DNA from: Naegleria gruberi
Taxonomy: Eukaryota
Length of the DNA: 64,000 nucleotides
Strand: one strand, 5' to 3'
NCBI GenBank assembly: GCA_000004985.1
Contig: GG738876.1
Both the position numbers and the translations under genes were made by a program. The notes under the pieces were generated by a model that saw only the letters and a list, made by a program, of their open reading frames with translations, had not been told where the DNA came from and ran no database searches. Within the stretch, counting starts at the first letter, position 1, and each line of letters opens with the position of its first letter. Shown in pieces: positions 28,836 through 40,179 of this stretch.

Positions 28836-30368
28836 ATGGCATCAAAATCATCAAAAGAAACAAGAGGTTCCCATGTTGATGCAATCAGAGAAGAATTAGA
28901 ACAAGGCAAGGGACGTGATAATTTGATCGGTAAAGAATTTATTAAAAATAATAACAGAAATTATTTGGAATCTGGGTTAAAAACAAATATTAGACCCTTG
29001 ACAGAAAGTGATGATTATGAAATTTATTTTAGCGGCAAATCAACGAATGGCGCATTATTGACAGGATCAACGGAACCAAAGCAATTGGATGGGTTTGAAA
29101 AGTTTACAAAATATGATAGTGATAATGCAAAGAAATTATCAATCCCGAAAGATCAAGCTTTGAAATTTATTGATATTGGACTACAATTTACAGTGATAAT
29201 GACAACTAGGAATGAAGCTTTTTTATATGGAGACTTTGTATATGGATCAAGTTCGGCTTCTATTAATCCTCTTGGAAGGCAATTATCAATTCTAATGACG
29301 CTCACACCAGAAGTTAAACTTAATTATTTCCCTGATGAACCTGTTGCCATGTTGTGTGGAGAACAATTTGTTGCAGTATTGGATAGCTGTAATAGATTGT
29401 GGTATTGTGGTATTGAAAAGTTTGGAACTGCTAATAGTAGTTGTACTTATGATTTTGTGGAAATTGGATTGAAAAAATATTTGGAGACTGAATTTGTTGA
29501 TGAACCTACACATATCACTCACTTTAGAGTTGGAGGAAGACACTTGTGTTTTTGTATTAATAATAGGACTATTATTTCAACAGGTAAGTGACAATTCTTT
29601 CCATTTCATTCGAATACTCATATTATTCAAAGGTGCAAACTATTATGGACAGGTAGGTCATTAGCTTTAAATTAAATACTCAATCCAAAAGTTGGGAATT
29701 ATAAACACACCAGATTTGACACCACCAGTTCCCCCAAGTACTGTACTGACTGTTGCTAGTACACTTTCTCGCTATACATTCGTTAAAACTTGGAATGCAG
29801 ATGGAAAGTATAGAGTAAGAGACGTTGCTTGTTCTGGAAATATGACAGCTATTCTAACAGGTAAGCTCTAATCATAACACCCAAATTTTAACATTAATTA
29901 TTAGAATGTGGAAAATTATTTAAAACCTCTAATGCAGCTATTGCATCTGAGTCAATTGAATCAGTTGTTCTGGATGGATTTTCACTTACTACCATCTCTG
30001 GTAATTGGACTCATATTCTGGCACATACAAGCAAAAACCAAATGATGGGCGTTACGGATAATCATGTTACTGAATTCTTTAGCGAATCTCCTCTAAAGAA
30101 TTGTGATAATTTACACATCTCAACAGGAACCAATTCTAACAATACCTATTTTATTTACTCAAATAATGAATTATATGAACCACATAATCCAAAGGCAGTT
30201 CTCAAATCTTCCCTACCAATAGTTGTTTGTAAATTGACCTCTGAAGCAACTATGGTTTTATGTATGAATTTTAAGAGCAACAAGTCAATTCTTGCAATGA
30301 AACGAAACCTTCTCCAATGTACAGTATCACAAGGGCTATCAGATGTTCTAATCAATGCCCAACAATAA
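28836..30368 (+). CDS. RCC1-repeat-like protein, 4 exons: 28836..29583, 29633..29652 (20-nt micro-exon), 29692..29860, 29905..30368
   Basis: Splicing produces an RCC1 signature: ...NNRTIISTG|ANYYGQ|LGIINTPDL.... Introns are 49, 39 and 44 nt (donors GTAAGT, GTAGGT, GTAAGC). An alternative in-frame acceptor at 29937 would give a 77-nt last intron. The gene lies between the two tandem cyclase paralogs on the opposite strand. Confidence 0.5.
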
Positions 30369-30370
30369 AT

Positions 30371-32832
30371 TTATGCTCCAGATTGAATCAATTCTTCAGG
30401 GCATGACATTACTGCGATAGAACTAGAAGAAGAAAGCGACTCTTTTCTACAGGGTTGAGCGACACTATTTCGTCTTTTCCTGTTATCTGGACGGATAATT
30501 GTATCTTCATATGCATATTCTTTGTTATCTGAAACAATGTTATCCATTTCAGCAGGAAGATAATGAGAGATGACAATTGGTATGAGATGCTTCAATTCCA
30601 ATTCAGTCCATGCATCCTTTTCTTCTTCGGTATCATTATTCCACAATACAAGCCTATGCAGAAGTTTACTCTTCTCATTTTCATTCCATTTCGATGGATC
30701 ACTTATACATGATGCACACGATTGTTTCAATTCCATTCGTTCCTTATCAATTTTCTCTCTCAACAATGGAACTGATAATCCAGAGTCAATTCTAACATGA
30801 GGCAACAATTCGAATTGTTGAATGTAGGAAGTTCGAGGGGAAGTTGTATCCATAATCCAAAACAAAGTGTGATTACCTTCCAATCCTTTCAAAATAAAGT
30901 TTCCCATATTTTCGAATTGGATTTTTCCAGAGTAAAGCAATTGTTTGAATTGAAAGATTGGATCCTTATGAATGGGAAACCCCTTATCCATGCAAATATT
31001 GCAACGAGAAGCTCCTCCCATTTGATGCTTTAGGTGGTCGTGAATATTTGAGCAAATGTAAATTCTTCCTCCTTGAGCTTGATTTTCAGTTCTAGATGCT
31101 TGGTTGACCGTCGTGCCAAAGTAATCATATCTCTTGGTGGTTGGATCAAAATGAGCTTCCACTTCACTGCCATAATGAAGGCCCATTCTAACTCTTGGTC
31201 CTTTGTAAATAATTTCATTATTCCACTTGACTTCTTTCATGTCTGGAAATTCCAACATTTCAGGTGTCCAATTTCCTTTCAACAAATCATTCTGAATAGC
31301 AAAACAACAACCAATTGCTTCTATTGGGTCACTGAAGGCAATCATAAAGCTGTCTGATTGAGTTTTCACTTCATATCCTTTAAACTTTCGAATATTGTCT
31401 CGAACAATTTTGTGATGAATGGTAACAACTTTCTTCATCAAATCTGAATCCAAAGTCCACAACAGTGAAGCATTCTGAATATGAGTGAAAACAATGCAAA
31501 TAGGTGGTGCTTTTGGGGCCAATCTATTTTCTCTCTTTCTAATCGAATTCTTTCGAATGCAAAATCCACAGCAAAAAACACAAAAACCAATTAGTATAAT
31601 AGCAAGTGTAAACCCCACAACAGTCATTGAAATAATAAAGGCATTACTCTTCTCCGGTTGAAAAGGTGGCTCTGAAATCCAACTCTTCCATCTCTCTGTA
31701 TTATTGCCTTTCAAAATCCAAGTACAGGCAGCATCCTCTTTCGACATTTTATCATACGAAACTAAGCCTAACAGTTCAATCTGGTCAGCATTCGTCAGTT
31801 TCATCCTTTCCAAAAAGTTTTGCACTTTTTCAGGAAAACTCAACACTGCCCTAGTTTGCAGTTTACTGTAAGTAGTCATGGCAAAATCACAATCCACCAA
31901 ATTATTCTCCACATTGTGAGGTGATACACATTCTGCAGTAAATGGTGGAAGTGTCACACGTTGTGGAGCATTAGGTCTACTGAATAATTGATGAGGTGTG
32001 AAAAAGTAGGAAACCAGCTGCTTTCTCTCCCGTTCTGCATTTCTCAACTCTTGAATCAGAAACTTCTCAGTGTAATTCTGAGGAGGATATTCCAAAACGA
32101 GATTCAATTTCAGATTTTTAATAACCTGCTCATCAAAGTTGACCCAAGTTTTTGCTCCACTAATGTAACGTGTAGCATTCACTGTACGATAGTATCGATA
32201 ATTCAAGCTCAGTGGATTATCTATAGCCATCCAATTAGGAATATACCATCCAACTTGTCCTAATGGACCTAAATCTCCAATATCCATTACATTTCGTCCA
32301 TTTAACACATACTTTCTAAAACATTTCAATAAGAAACATTCAATTATTATTCCACCATTCCAGAAAACAATCCAAAAATCAATCACAGTTTAATTATTTA
32401 TCAAGTAAAAATTGAGATTTCTTACCTGTAAACATCCAAATGATTTAACTTCCAAAATTCTAACAAGACGTAGGGAACCTCATCTCCTCTACTCTCCATC
32501 ACTCTAAGAGATTCATCCACGCCATATTCCTCAACATCGACACATACTCCAAGTACTTCCTCGAGGAAAACTTTTGCTATTTGAATGTTCATCGTTGTTG
32601 CTAACCAATTATATTGGATTAGTTTAATTCTGGGCGAAAGTGGTGTGCATGCAGTTCCTGAGGCGGTATGAAGTGAAGGAAGGCATGATGATGATGTTGA
32701 ATATGATGTTGGTGAAACATGTTGTTGGTTTGATGGTTTAGAATGTGCAAACAAGATGACTAAACACAAGACTAAACTCAATCGAAAGAAGTAACGAAAT
32801 AGAAGGGAATAATTGCGTCGCCGTTTCTTCAT
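30371..32832 (-). CDS. receptor-type class III adenylyl cyclase, paralog 2; 2 exons 32832..32426 and 32315..30371
   Basis: Signal peptide MKKRRRNYSLLFRYFFRLSLVLCLVILFAHS. The probable start at 32832 is internal to track ORF 32422..33132. Same architecture and same intron position and phase as paralog 1. Intron 32425..32316 is 110 nt, GTAAGA...TTTTAG. The junction reads ...LEFWKLNHLDVY-R-KYVLNGRNVMDIGDLGP. Catalytic motifs: KGYEVKTQSDSFMIAF and RYDYFGTTVNQASRTE. Confidence 0.7.
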
Positions 32833-33994
32833 TGTTTCTTTTCTCAAAAACCACACAAACAACCAATACAGTACCAACTCCAGTTTGGATTCGTTCAGTT
32901 TCCCTTTATCTATATTAGGACATGAGACATATAAATATTGAGGACCAAGTTTCCTCCACATGTTGAGAGATTCTATCCCGCATGTTGGGATCCATGTCTT
33001 CTCATTTCGTACAAAATTATTAAGGCCTACGACGTTTAGTGATTGCTTGTTCTGTACAGTTTCATTTGAGGAAATAGATATTGATAAAAAAGATGAGAAG
33101 GATAGTAATTGATCACAAGATAATAGTTTCATTTGTGCAAGTGATGATAAAGGTAATTACTAGAGCTGGTTTCGGATTGGTTGGTTTCGAATAATATTGG
33201 TTAACAGATGTAAGTTGATGATGATAAAATAACCTGTGTGCTATCATGTTATCTGGTTTCGGCAGTTTTTTAAATGATTATTGTGTTCTATCTTTCTAAT
33301 AATTATTGTGATCAATTTCGAATACACATGTATTATCAGAAACGTACGTTACTATTTTGAACTCTCTACGAAAGTAATAGGCAGTTAATGGCAAGACATT
33401 ATGACAATCATTTGATTGAAAAAGCAAGAATAGTTTCAGTTTCCAATAATGAAATCTGCAAATCGTACAAGTTCATTCTCTCTGATTTTCAAAAGACCTT
33501 TTCAATAATCAAATCTTCCAAAATCAACACGTTCCCCTTACAACCCGAACCATTAAGCTTTTCAAGTTTTTTATCCATACTTTCGAATTTTCTTTCGAAT
33601 TTAATTTCTTATTAAGAAGCACAAGAGACCATTGTATTTTTCCAAAACAACACTTTAAATAAAACTTTTCTTTTTCACTTTTGGCTATTGGGAGTAATTT
33701 CACAAACCACTCTCTATTTGTCGATTTACAACAATATCCAAAATTCTCATCCAACACTATTAATATTTTTTTACAAACACTTGAAAAAATGTTTGAAAAA
33801 ATGTTATGAAAATTTTCTCAAATCTCTTTCGATTGATTTAGTAATTAATTGTTAAATTTATTGAAATTCAACCTTTTTAAAAAGACAAGCGAAGTTATTG
33901 GTCTTGCTTGTTCATAGATGGCATATGCACGTAAAGTTGTCACAACTCGATACCAAATTAAACAACTGCAAGATTTCGAATAAGATTAAAAAAA

Positions 33995-36900
33995 ATGTCA
34001 CTACTCAATGCCAGTGATTTTTCTGATGGAATTCCTTCGCCGATTCATACACCAAAATCTAACAAGGAGATAGTCTTTCCGAATGGTGATTCTGGTATGC
34101 TAACGCCTCTTCAAGATGATTCGAATGTACTTTCAGAAGATTCGAATAATATTTCTTCTTCAAATTCTTCACCTTCTATTGCTATTATCAAGAATGGATC
34201 ACATGAAGAGGATTTAAAAGATGATATCAAGATTTATTCATCATCACCTGTTCCTGCACTTGCCCTGTCAAAATTAATGAAAAATCATCAGGAAGAATCT
34301 ATCCGAAACATTTCCAATAATTATCCAAATAATAATAACAATAACAACACTCTTCAAACAACACCAAACAGTAGCCGAAGTACTCATTCCACTCTCTCAA
34401 ATGGTTCTTCCACCATCATGATGGGAAATACTTCACAAAGAACACTTTCTCCCATTTATCATTCTCTTCACAATGCTTCGTCTACCTATTCGAATGTTAA
34501 TCACAGTCAGCAGCATAATTTAAACTCGAGTCGTTCCAACAATTCTTCGTCAGGTTCAAGATTTCTTTCACCCCAAACTCCAAGAAGATTTAATCATTAT
34601 CCAATGTATCGATCAACTTCGACACCAATCATTTCTCCAAGGTACAATCCACAAATGGTTTCTCCACGTGTCATGATGAATACAAGTTTACATAGTGGAT
34701 TAAACTCTGCTAGATCGAATAGAATGATTTCCATGCAGCAACAACAGTTCAATTCATCAGCAGCAGCAGCAGCATCAGCAGACGAAACTTCATTGAGTGA
34801 AATAGTGCAGATGAGTATTGATGAGGAAGGTACTTATCCTTCATTTGGATTCTTATTGGATACGTTGTGTGAGAGACAGTTTGATAGAGTTGTGAAGGGA
34901 GTTCACACAATTATCGATGATTCTGAGAGGGAAATTGAACAATTGAAAATGTGGATTGAAAAGAATGTGGAAGAAATTGATTATCTGAATCAAGTGAAAG
35001 ATAGTTTAATGGTTCAGTATCAGGAATTAACGAGAGAGATGGATAGAGAAAGACAAACTCTATTGATTAAGAGTAAGGAGAATGAAAATCTCAAATTTGA
35101 GCTGGAAATGAAGAGTATGGAAATTAAGAATGTTGAAAGACAGTTAATGACCAATAAGAATCAAAATTCTGAATTGAATGATAGAATTGAACAAGTGGAA
35201 AAGGAACTAAAGCAAAAAGAAAGACAAATTAATTCCACAAATAATAATTTAATCGAATCAGAGGAGAAATTGAAATCCAAATTGAATGAAATCTCCTCAC
35301 TGAATAACAAGATTGAAATGTACACTTTAGAAACGAGCGAACTCAAACTTGCAAAGGAAAAGTTAGAGAAACAAATTGAAACTCTGAGAAATGAGGTCAA
35401 AACTCTCAAGAGTAATAATGAAGGATACGTGACAATTATCGATCAACAAAACAAGACAATCAATAGAGTTAATGCCAATCTGAAAGAGAAGCAATCAGAG
35501 CTGGAAGAAAAAGATAATGAAAAACAAGATTTATACAATCAAATGGTCATTCTCAAGAGAAATTTCACAGAGAAGGAAAATTCATTGGTTGACTCTCAAA
35601 GTGATTTGGTCAAAATGAAGAGAAAGTTTGAAGATCAGGCACGAGAATTTGAATCATATCGACAAGAGATGAAACAGGAAATGGAAAAGTATCACACCCT
35701 TGTTTCTGATCATCAACAATCAAAGATGAATGAATTAGAAAAGGATCAAGTATTGAAAAAGCATGCAACACTGTTGGAACAATTTGAAGCTTTGCAATTG
35801 AAACATAACAGTTCAGTGTATGATTTACATGAAACCAGACGTGAAAGTCAAGAATATCAAAGAACAAACGAATCCCAAAAGAAGGACATTGAGAAATTGT
35901 TAAAGAGAATTAAGGAACAGGACGATGAAAAATTACAACTCGAAGAGAGGATCAAATGGTTAGAGAGTAACTCTCTCGAGCAAAAGAGCTCCATATCCAA
36001 ACTTCATAAGGAAAATGAAGAGCTCGAGAGTACCGTGTATGGCCTGAAAAAGGATATCAAGATAAGAGAACAAGTATTGGCAGATAAGGATAATGAAATT
36101 TCGCAAAAGGAAAAGGAAATTCAACTCTCCACTGATATTGCCAAAGAAAAAGATTTGGAAATTGAAAAATCTCAAGAAAAGAACCTTTCTCTCCAAAAGC
36201 AAATCGAGCAACTTGATACACAAGTCAAACAATTAACTGGTGATGTTTCAGATCTGAATGAAGAATGTGAAATGTTGAGAAAATATATTTCAGAAGAGAA
36301 GAGTTTCATTCTAGAATCAGATCCAACTCTCAAATTAGTATTACTCATGAAGCAAGAAGGTTTCCCAATTGATGAGTCATACGTTGATAAAATTAGAGGA
36401 AGAAGCATATTCAATTTATTGAGAATGGGAGTTGGTGCTTACAATGTTAGAGTTGGAGATGATGGAAATGGACAAATTGATAGTGAGAGAAGAAAGGAAG
36501 AAACCTTCTTTGCTGAAAAGGCACTCTCTAAATGGTTGCAAAATTTACTTCCTGAAGATTACAATCCTGAACAGAATTTGTATGAAAATATTGCTGATGG
36601 TTTCATGTTGTGTAGAATGATCGATACATTATTTAAGGAAGTTCAGCCTTGCGATCATATTAGAGTAGATAATGCTCTTATTAGAAATCAAAGATCAGAT
36701 TCTGATAACTTGGCAGTTTATTTGGATTATTGTAAAAAGTTAGAATTGAAGAGCTATTTTGAACCTGATATGCTATTCAAAGTTAAAGAAGCCTTTCATG
36801 GTATTCCATCTCTAGCACAAGATTCCATGATAATGGCAAGAGAAAGAGCCTTGATTGTTTCTAATATTGCACAAATATTCGAATTGAATATTAAATGCAA

Positions 36901-37696
36901 CATGTCACCAAGAAAGAAAGAAGAAATACTCGGAAAACTTTTTAATGCAAAACTGGAAAGAGATGCTAATTCACCAATTCTACCAAGATCCAGATCTTCA
37001 TCTGTCAACTCATCTAGAAGTGGTGGTATACGTCCATCAAAAAGAAATAGCATTGCCTTAACTAACTTTTCTATAGCTGTTTCTCCTTCACCACGTATGA
37101 ATGAGGGAATTACACCAAAATCAGCTCGATTTGCAAAAGACATGTTTGAATCTCCAACGATTGGAAACAAAACTCCACCTACTATTCCCTATCTCAAACC
37201 GTTCACATCAAATATGGATTGTCTTTCTCAAGTTTCATCGCCACTCAGTAATGTAACAACTGAGGATGATATTTGGTTGGAACACATGTTAGAAGATATG
37301 AAAATTACACCTTCATCACCTGCAGAATCCAAATTTCAACTCAAATATTATTTGAACAGAGCTGGATCATACTTTGCAAGTGAAGAGCAAAGAGATGAAT
37401 TCATGTCACTTTTGAGAACATTCAAGTTTTTACAAATTGATTTATCAGATTGTCAAAAGTTTGTCAATGAGAAGGAGATTGTTGAAATATTGACAAGATT
37501 GTGTGAAAATAGACATGCATTAAGATTGGATCTGAGTGGATATTGTCTAAAGCCTTACATTAGTCTTGTTGAAAAGTATCTTGCATCTAAAACAGCCATC
37601 AAATATTTGATAATGAAAGACTGTGGATTTAGTGAGGAAGAAAAATCTTCATTGAAACGAGTTGCAAAGACCTTTGACATTTTGACAGATCTGTAA
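33995..37696 (+). CDS. large (1233 aa) coiled-coil protein with a calponin-homology (CH)-like domain and a C-terminal leucine-rich region
   Basis: The N-terminus is S/N-rich. About 520 aa of heptad-rich coiled coil follow (KLKSKLNEISSLNNKIEMYTLETSELKLAKEKLEKQIETLRNEVKTLK...). CH-like block: FAEKALSKWLQNLLPEDYNPEQNLYENIADGFMLCRMIDTLFKE. C-terminal region: LRLDLSGYCLKPYISLVEKYL. ATG at 33995 in context aaaaaaaATG. Confidence 0.6.
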   Translation: MSLLNASDFSDGIPSPIHTPKSNKEIVFPNGDSGMLTPLQDDSNVLSEDSNNISSSNSSPSIAIIKNGSHEEDLKDDIKIYSSSPVPALALSKLMKNHQEESIRNISNNYPNNNNNNNTLQTTPNSSRSTHSTLSNGSSTIMMGNTSQRTLSPIYHSLHNASSTYSNVNHSQQHNLNSSRSNNSSSGSRFLSPQTPRRFNHYPMYRSTSTPIISPRYNPQMVSPRVMMNTSLHSGLNSARSNRMISMQQQQFNSSAAAAASADETSLSEIVQMSIDEEGTYPSFGFLLDTLCERQFDRVVKGVHTIIDDSEREIEQLKMWIEKNVEEIDYLNQVKDSLMVQYQELTREMDRERQTLLIKSKENENLKFELEMKSMEIKNVERQLMTNKNQNSELNDRIEQVEKELKQKERQINSTNNNLIESEEKLKSKLNEISSLNNKIEMYTLETSELKLAKEKLEKQIETLRNEVKTLKSNNEGYVTIIDQQNKTINRVNANLKEKQSELEEKDNEKQDLYNQMVILKRNFTEKENSLVDSQSDLVKMKRKFEDQAREFESYRQEMKQEMEKYHTLVSDHQQSKMNELEKDQVLKKHATLLEQFEALQLKHNSSVYDLHETRRESQEYQRTNESQKKDIEKLLKRIKEQDDEKLQLEERIKWLESNSLEQKSSISKLHKENEELESTVYGLKKDIKIREQVLADKDNEISQKEKEIQLSTDIAKEKDLEIEKSQEKNLSLQKQIEQLDTQVKQLTGDVSDLNEECEMLRKYISEEKSFILESDPTLKLVLLMKQEGFPIDESYVDKIRGRSIFNLLRMGVGAYNVRVGDDGNGQIDSERRKEETFFAEKALSKWLQNLLPEDYNPEQNLYENIADGFMLCRMIDTLFKEVQPCDHIRVDNALIRNQRSDSDNLAVYLDYCKKLELKSYFEPDMLFKVKEAFHGIPSLAQDSMIMARERALIVSNIAQIFELNIKCNMSPRKKEEILGKLFNAKLERDANSPILPRSRSSSVNSSRSGGIRPSKRNSIALTNFSIAVSPSPRMNEGITPKSARFAKDMFESPTIGNKTPPTIPYLKPFTSNMDCLSQVSSPLSNVTTEDDIWLEHMLEDMKITPSSPAESKFQLKYYLNRAGSYFASEEQRDEFMSLLRTFKFLQIDLSDCQKFVNEKEIVEILTRLCENRHALRLDLSGYCLKPYISLVEKYLASKTAIKYLIMKDCGFSEEEKSSLKRVAKTFDILTDL

Positions 37697-37713
37697 TAAA
37701 TATTAGTGTATTA

Positions 37714-40179
37714 TTACTTAGTCTTTTTTGGTGTTGATTTCTTTTTTCCTCTTCCTGGACTTTTCTTGGTCTTTGATTTAGATTTTGGAGTGGAAGGTTC
37801 CTCTTTTGGTTCTTCTTTGCTTTCAGTTTCTTCCTTTACAGGTGTGGAAGGCTCTTCTTTTTTCTCTGCCATTTGCTCTTCCTTAATTTCTTCCTTCTCC
37901 TTTTTTTCCACCTTCTTTTCTTTTTTTGGTGTTGCTTTCTTTTTCTTAGTTTCTTTCTTAGGAGTACTCTTCTTTTTTGGAGATTTCTTTGGCTTTTTTT
38001 CCTCCTCTTCTTCTGTTTGATACTCTTCCTCATCTTCATCAGGAAGTTCTAGATTTTCAAAGTCAACTGGAGCCTCTTTCTTTGCTGCTCTCTTTCTCTT
38101 TTTTTCAGGTTGTACATTCTGTGAAAATATTGTTGGATAGGTCATGAAAAGAATATTTGAGAGTGCGTTAGAAAGCCATTCTTGCTCTGGATCCAGGTCA
38201 CTTGCTTTCTTAGAGTTCAACTTGGTAAATTTATCCTTCAACAGACCAGAGATTATTGTATCAAAAAGAATATGATTGTTAAATGTTGGTGTACATTCTT
38301 CCGTTAATAATTTTTCAAAACTATTTTCAATCAGCTCAGAAATATCTACTAATGGGAAATAATATGAAAATACCTTCTTGATATTTTCAACATTTTCACT
38401 ATAATTATAGATATCAGGTACAATGGTAAGCTCATACTGCTTCAGAGGTAATTTTCGAAGTAATGAAATTTTCTCCTTGAGATAGACTTTTGGAAGTGTT
38501 GTAGATCTTCTTGGTCTTGAAGATGTTGAAGTTTCAACCTCTGTTCCAGCTGTCTCTGTAAATGTTCTTCCTATTAAAACTCTAGAAACTCCCTCCTCTG
38601 CATGTTTCGAAAAATATTGAATAGCATCCATTACTGGTTCAATGATTGGCTGATAACTAGATGATCCGTTTCCACTCAATAACTCGCTTCCATTTCCAGA
38701 ACTATTACCGAAAATATTTGAGAAAACATTATGTGAATAATAAGATGCCTCAGGTACTTGCGTTTGACATCCATCATGATCGAAACGTGACTTGTATATA
38801 TACAAAAACTTAGAGTGATCCACCAATTCTTGAATTTGATCAAATACTAGATTAATATTTACACTTTCACTCTTTTGTGAGTGTCCAATAAGATAATCAG
38901 TCAAATATTGGCAAAATTGTTGTGATGTAAACTTGGTATTAACATTAGATAGAATAGTTGTATAAATTTTAGAAAGTGAAGTATTTTCAAACTTTCTAAA
39001 AAGATAATAATCCATTGGAGATGCATCACCTTGTTCTTCCAAATCTTCTTTAGATAAATTTTCTTCTGGTTTTTTTTGCCTTGTACTTCTTCTCGTGTTA
39101 GTGGATTCTGTTGGAGTAGTTGGGCTTGATTCAAGTAATTTCTTACGATCTTTCTTCATCTGTAAATATGCCAACAGATCAAACATGTGCACATATATTA
39201 AGAGTAAAAAGCTTCTCCTAACAATATAGAAATTTTTGCAATGCTCAGTCGGATTCATGTACATTGGTTTCTCTTTACCACTCTTGGTGGCAGATCCAAA
39301 CTTTTGAAGTAAATTCTCGTAGAATGTTTCATGTACTAAATTTTGTGCTTTTGGATAATGTTTAAATCCTGCTTTTCCAATTAAACTTTTTGATCCTTTT
39401 GGGCTAGAAGCACTAAACTTATTTCCAACATAAAAATTACCACTCACAGATTGATGTCTTCTTTCAAATTCTCTCATGTCTATAGCAAAATCAAAGTAGA
39501 GTAAATATGAATCTCCAGAAAGAAGAGAATCTAATATGAACTTTGTTTTTCCTGCTGCTTCATCCTGTATAAGAACGTGAGCTTTTGATTTGTTTGATTC
39601 CACTAATTTTTTGAATGCCTCAGGACTAAGAGATTGATCTGATTTGTCATCAAATAATGCTCGACTTTTCTTTTTCTCTGGTTCGGTTGTATCTTGCTCT
39701 TTTCTAAATGTTGCTCCCATGAGCATATCAACTTCTCCAACATTCGAATAATTATTTTCTATAGGACATGATAAGAACATGTTAGAATTGGTTGTTTTGT
39801 CAATTGGAAGAGTAGCTTCGGATAATGATTTTTGTGAACTTTTCCATCTCAAATATTCAACTTTAAGTTGTGCAATATGTGATGCTAGAATGGATTGAAT
39901 ATTACCCTCTATAGTTGAGCTTGCAAAGTCTAATGAAATACAAGATGCATTGTCTGAGTCATTTGTCTTCGGACTTGGTGCGAATTGTGTTTTTAAAGTA
40001 TTAGATAAAAGTAGGCTAGATTGCTTCTTTTTTTGCTTTTGAATAGAGTTTCTCATCTTTAATAATACATTCCACTTGGCTGATTGATCATCCGATGATG
40101 AAGATTCCTTTTTAGTTTCCTTCTCATTGTTTTTCTTTGATCCACCATCTATTAGTTTTACAATAAATTTAGTTGTCAT
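37714..40179 (-). CDS. Lys/Glu-rich probable nuclear protein with histone-H1-like SPKK/TPKK C-terminal tail; family not recognised
   Basis: Track ORF 37714..40182 starts on GTG; the ATG is at 40179. The C-terminal 120 aa read KKSPKKKSTPKKETKKKKATPKKEKK...TPKSKSKTKKSPGRGKKKSTPKKTK. Its stop is only 17 nt from the stop of the convergent 33995..37696 gene. Confidence 0.5.
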   Translation of the reverse strand: MTTKFIVKLIDGGSKKNNEKETKKESSSSDDQSAKWNVLLKMRNSIQKQKKKQSSLLLSNTLKTQFAPSPKTNDSDNASCISLDFASSTIEGNIQSILASHIAQLKVEYLRWKSSQKSLSEATLPIDKTTNSNMFLSCPIENNYSNVGEVDMLMGATFRKEQDTTEPEKKKSRALFDDKSDQSLSPEAFKKLVESNKSKAHVLIQDEAAGKTKFILDSLLSGDSYLLYFDFAIDMREFERRHQSVSGNFYVGNKFSASSPKGSKSLIGKAGFKHYPKAQNLVHETFYENLLQKFGSATKSGKEKPMYMNPTEHCKNFYIVRRSFLLLIYVHMFDLLAYLQMKKDRKKLLESSPTTPTESTNTRRSTRQKKPEENLSKEDLEEQGDASPMDYYLFRKFENTSLSKIYTTILSNVNTKFTSQQFCQYLTDYLIGHSQKSESVNINLVFDQIQELVDHSKFLYIYKSRFDHDGCQTQVPEASYYSHNVFSNIFGNSSGNGSELLSGNGSSSYQPIIEPVMDAIQYFSKHAEEGVSRVLIGRTFTETAGTEVETSTSSRPRRSTTLPKVYLKEKISLLRKLPLKQYELTIVPDIYNYSENVENIKKVFSYYFPLVDISELIENSFEKLLTEECTPTFNNHILFDTIISGLLKDKFTKLNSKKASDLDPEQEWLSNALSNILFMTYPTIFSQNVQPEKKRKRAAKKEAPVDFENLELPDEDEEEYQTEEEEEKKPKKSPKKKSTPKKETKKKKATPKKEKKVEKKEKEEIKEEQMAEKKEEPSTPVKEETESKEEPKEEPSTPKSKSKTKKSPGRGKKKSTPKKTK

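Noticed and set aside
37706-38039. ORFs 37706..38020 (+) and 37836..38039 (−), hydrophobic and poly-K/R translations respectively
   Set aside because: They are alternative-frame and antisense readings of the Lys/Glu-rich C-terminal tail of the 37714..40179 gene. They have no independent coding character.
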